Assembly: GCA_964035545.1 (NCBI GenBank)
Contig: OZ037766.1
Coordinates: 5,756,722 to 5,820,721, forward strand
DNA from: Bugula neritina
Lineage: Eukaryota; Animalia; Bryozoa
DNA: 64,000 nucleotides
Direction of reading: 5' to 3'
The notes below the pieces were generated by a model, which saw nothing but the letters and a program-made list of their open reading frames with translations, was not told the DNA's origin and did no database searches. Position 1 is the first letter of the stretch, and every line of letters starts with the position of its first letter. The position numbers and the translations under genes are program-made. Of this stretch, positions 61,783-64,000 are shown one piece after another.

Positions 61783-64000
61783 TTAAAATGAATATTGCTG
61801 GCTTGGCTGGTACAGCCTTCGCTCCAATTCTATAGTTTTGGGAGGATAACCGTCTAATTCCACAACAAGATATTCAAATTCTAGCTTACCATCAGAATTC
61901 TAAAACGTGATACAGATGAGAAATATACTTCATATTAATACTACTGCAGTGATACAGAACGTTAAGAAGTAGCAGGCAGTTAAAATCACATTGTTTCATG
62001 AAAATATTTGAACTCCAAACTTATAAATTAACAAAATTTAAGAAACTTTGTTAAGAAAAGTTCAGCAAATTTAAAAAAAATGCAAATTCATCTAAAATCA
62101 AAAGTTTTCAATACATATCCTACGGAAATATAGAATAATTGTGACGGCAATATAACTGAATATTAATAAAACTAATTTTGTGTATTAGAACCCGTATAAA
62201 TAAGTATCTTCACAGCCTACAATACCTTAAACATTTCAGCATTGACCGTGGCAGTTCTAAAAGCACCAGCAAGGTAGAATTGAATCCTAGTATGTTCTTC
62301 ACCAGAGTTGGTCATAAATGTGTTGGAGCTGCAGAAGAACACTGTTTAGTGAGTTTGTATTCAAATATCTGATAGTTTTATAAATCCACATAATATAAAG
62401 CAGGTAAAACATGTGGCAAGAATTTTCAAGAGTTATAAACATAGATGATGTTTTTTATAAATAAAAAATCTGTTGAAGAGGTGAAATTTTTAATTGACAA
62501 TTTGTTGAATAAGGCACAAAAACATATTGAATGACAATTGGACCTACTGAGAAAGTCAATGTGCAATAGGCAATGACTGCTGAGATTTATAATCAAAACT
62601 AACTAAGTAGCAGAAAAACTCATCAACATCAAAGTTCCTGCTAACAAATCACTAAAAATCTACTTACATGACATGTTGCCTCCTCCCTCTTCGATTTGTC
62701 TCCCCATGAGCCTTCACAGGCTGGCCCAAGGCATCCAACACCTATTAGATATGCAGGAAATGACAATTACACGATTAGGTACAATAACATGTGCATTAAA
62801 ATACAACATATTAATTAGACTACTGATACTTGTTTTGCTCACCTCCCTGCCTTTGTTTCACTTGCTTAAAGTTTTAGCCACGTGGTAAACTAATAATTTA
62901 GAACTTATTTTTAACCACACATACTAAAACATACTTTTTAAAATATCATTAGTAAAAAAGCAAATTGGCTTTTTATTAGTTTTTACAACTGAATGTAATG
63001 AGTTCCAAAAAATTATGCTTGCGATTAAAGTTTTGATATGTTTATCAAACTTTTCGACTTAATTCAAAATTTCGTTAAAAGTTTTTTCAACTAAACAAAC
63101 AAGATAAAGTAGAAACATTATGAATACAAATACTATTATAATAGACATAAAGTTGTCTCCCTTATAAGTAGAAGATAACTCTATAGATACAAAATAGTGT
63201 AGAAAATTACCTTGCAATGATGGTAATATAAAAAGAACTACAATGTTTTTAACAATTGCATGTATCTAATAGCATATAAACATAGCATAGCTGATGAAAA
63301 TTGGTGTTTCCAACACCCATCTGACAGTTGCTGTTTAATGACTTATAGTCACTCTCAACAGTCGCCCAACTATAATAAAAAACTACTGTGGTGTTGACCA
63401 TAATCATTATTATAATGATTATTTCTCAGAAAATATCTCATTTTACACTGGAATAATTCTTAAAATTGACATGCATACATAGAGTTTATGACTATTGCTG
63501 TAACTTAATAAGCAATATTGCTTCTATTTTGAATAATAAAAGTTGCAAATCATTTATAGCAACTTTGATTAACTTTTTCACAACTCAGTTTGGAATGAAC
63601 GGTATGATTACTAAATGATGTTTTCCAATAGAATAATAAATAAGACAACTCTACAAAGCCAGGTGTTGGTCACATAATAAAATGCTGTTGGATTAACACT
63701 TCAACTAGAATAATTGAGAGAAAATACTAACCTTGGTACTATTTAAGCACTTTGTAAAAGCTTTACTGTAGACAGCATTTGAACCAGATGATCCAAATAA
63801 CTCTGAGCCAACAGCATAGAACAATATACCTGCAGGTCATAACACTAGAGTGATGTCTTGCTTTAGAAAAATAATATTATGGTTACAATAGAATACAAAA
63901 ATATAGAACTACTTTCAAAATTACGCGTCTTGTTTTTAATTTACATTTGCTAAAGTTTTATATAAAGATATGACCAACCTGTAACTCCAATGCCAACAGC
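61783..64000 (-). CDS. TIMM21: Mitochondrial import inner membrane translocase subunit Tim21 (5'-truncated by the window edge)
   Basis: Exons ~64000-63979, ~63829-63733, ~62741-62668, ~62328-62226 and ~61899-61783 translate as AVGIGVTG|ILFYAVGSELFGSSGSNAVYSKAFTKC..VLDALGQPVKAHGETNRRGRRQHV..HTRIQFYLAG..EFEYLVVELDGYPPKTI, matching the Tim21 signature GE..RRGRRQHV. Confidence 0.92.

Overview
AT-rich, intron-dense eukaryotic DNA with GT-AG introns and mostly 50-250 bp exons, consistent with an invertebrate metazoan; the species cannot be determined from the sequence. I assembled eight spliced genes by hand: (1) VPS11 (-), with a ~370-aa extra C-terminal tail containing nine NPF motifs; (2) CHD1L/ALC1 (+), head-to-head with VPS11 and ending in a LIG3/XRCC1-type BRCT domain; (3) a short nucleobindin (-); (4, 5) two tandem paralogues (+) encoding secreted proteins with two WSC domains and an unrecognised Cys-containing helical domain; (6) a ~1160-aa single-pass receptor (-) with two tandem mGluR-like Venus flytrap domains and no 7TM, kinase or cyclase domain; (7) a CAP-Gly protein (+) preceded by RFX X-boxes; (8) a 5'-truncated TIMM21 (-). 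Repeats include tRNA-derived SINEs, a ~690-bp MITE, smaller fold-back elements, a decayed R4/Dong-like non-LTR fragment and several intronic minisatellites. The best candidates for undescribed biology are the tandem-VFT single-pass receptor, the WSC paralogue pair (which shares an apparent gene-conversion tract) and the NPF-tailed VPS11. Exon boundaries were read manually and may be off by a few nt. Homology calls come from recalled family motifs, not database searches.
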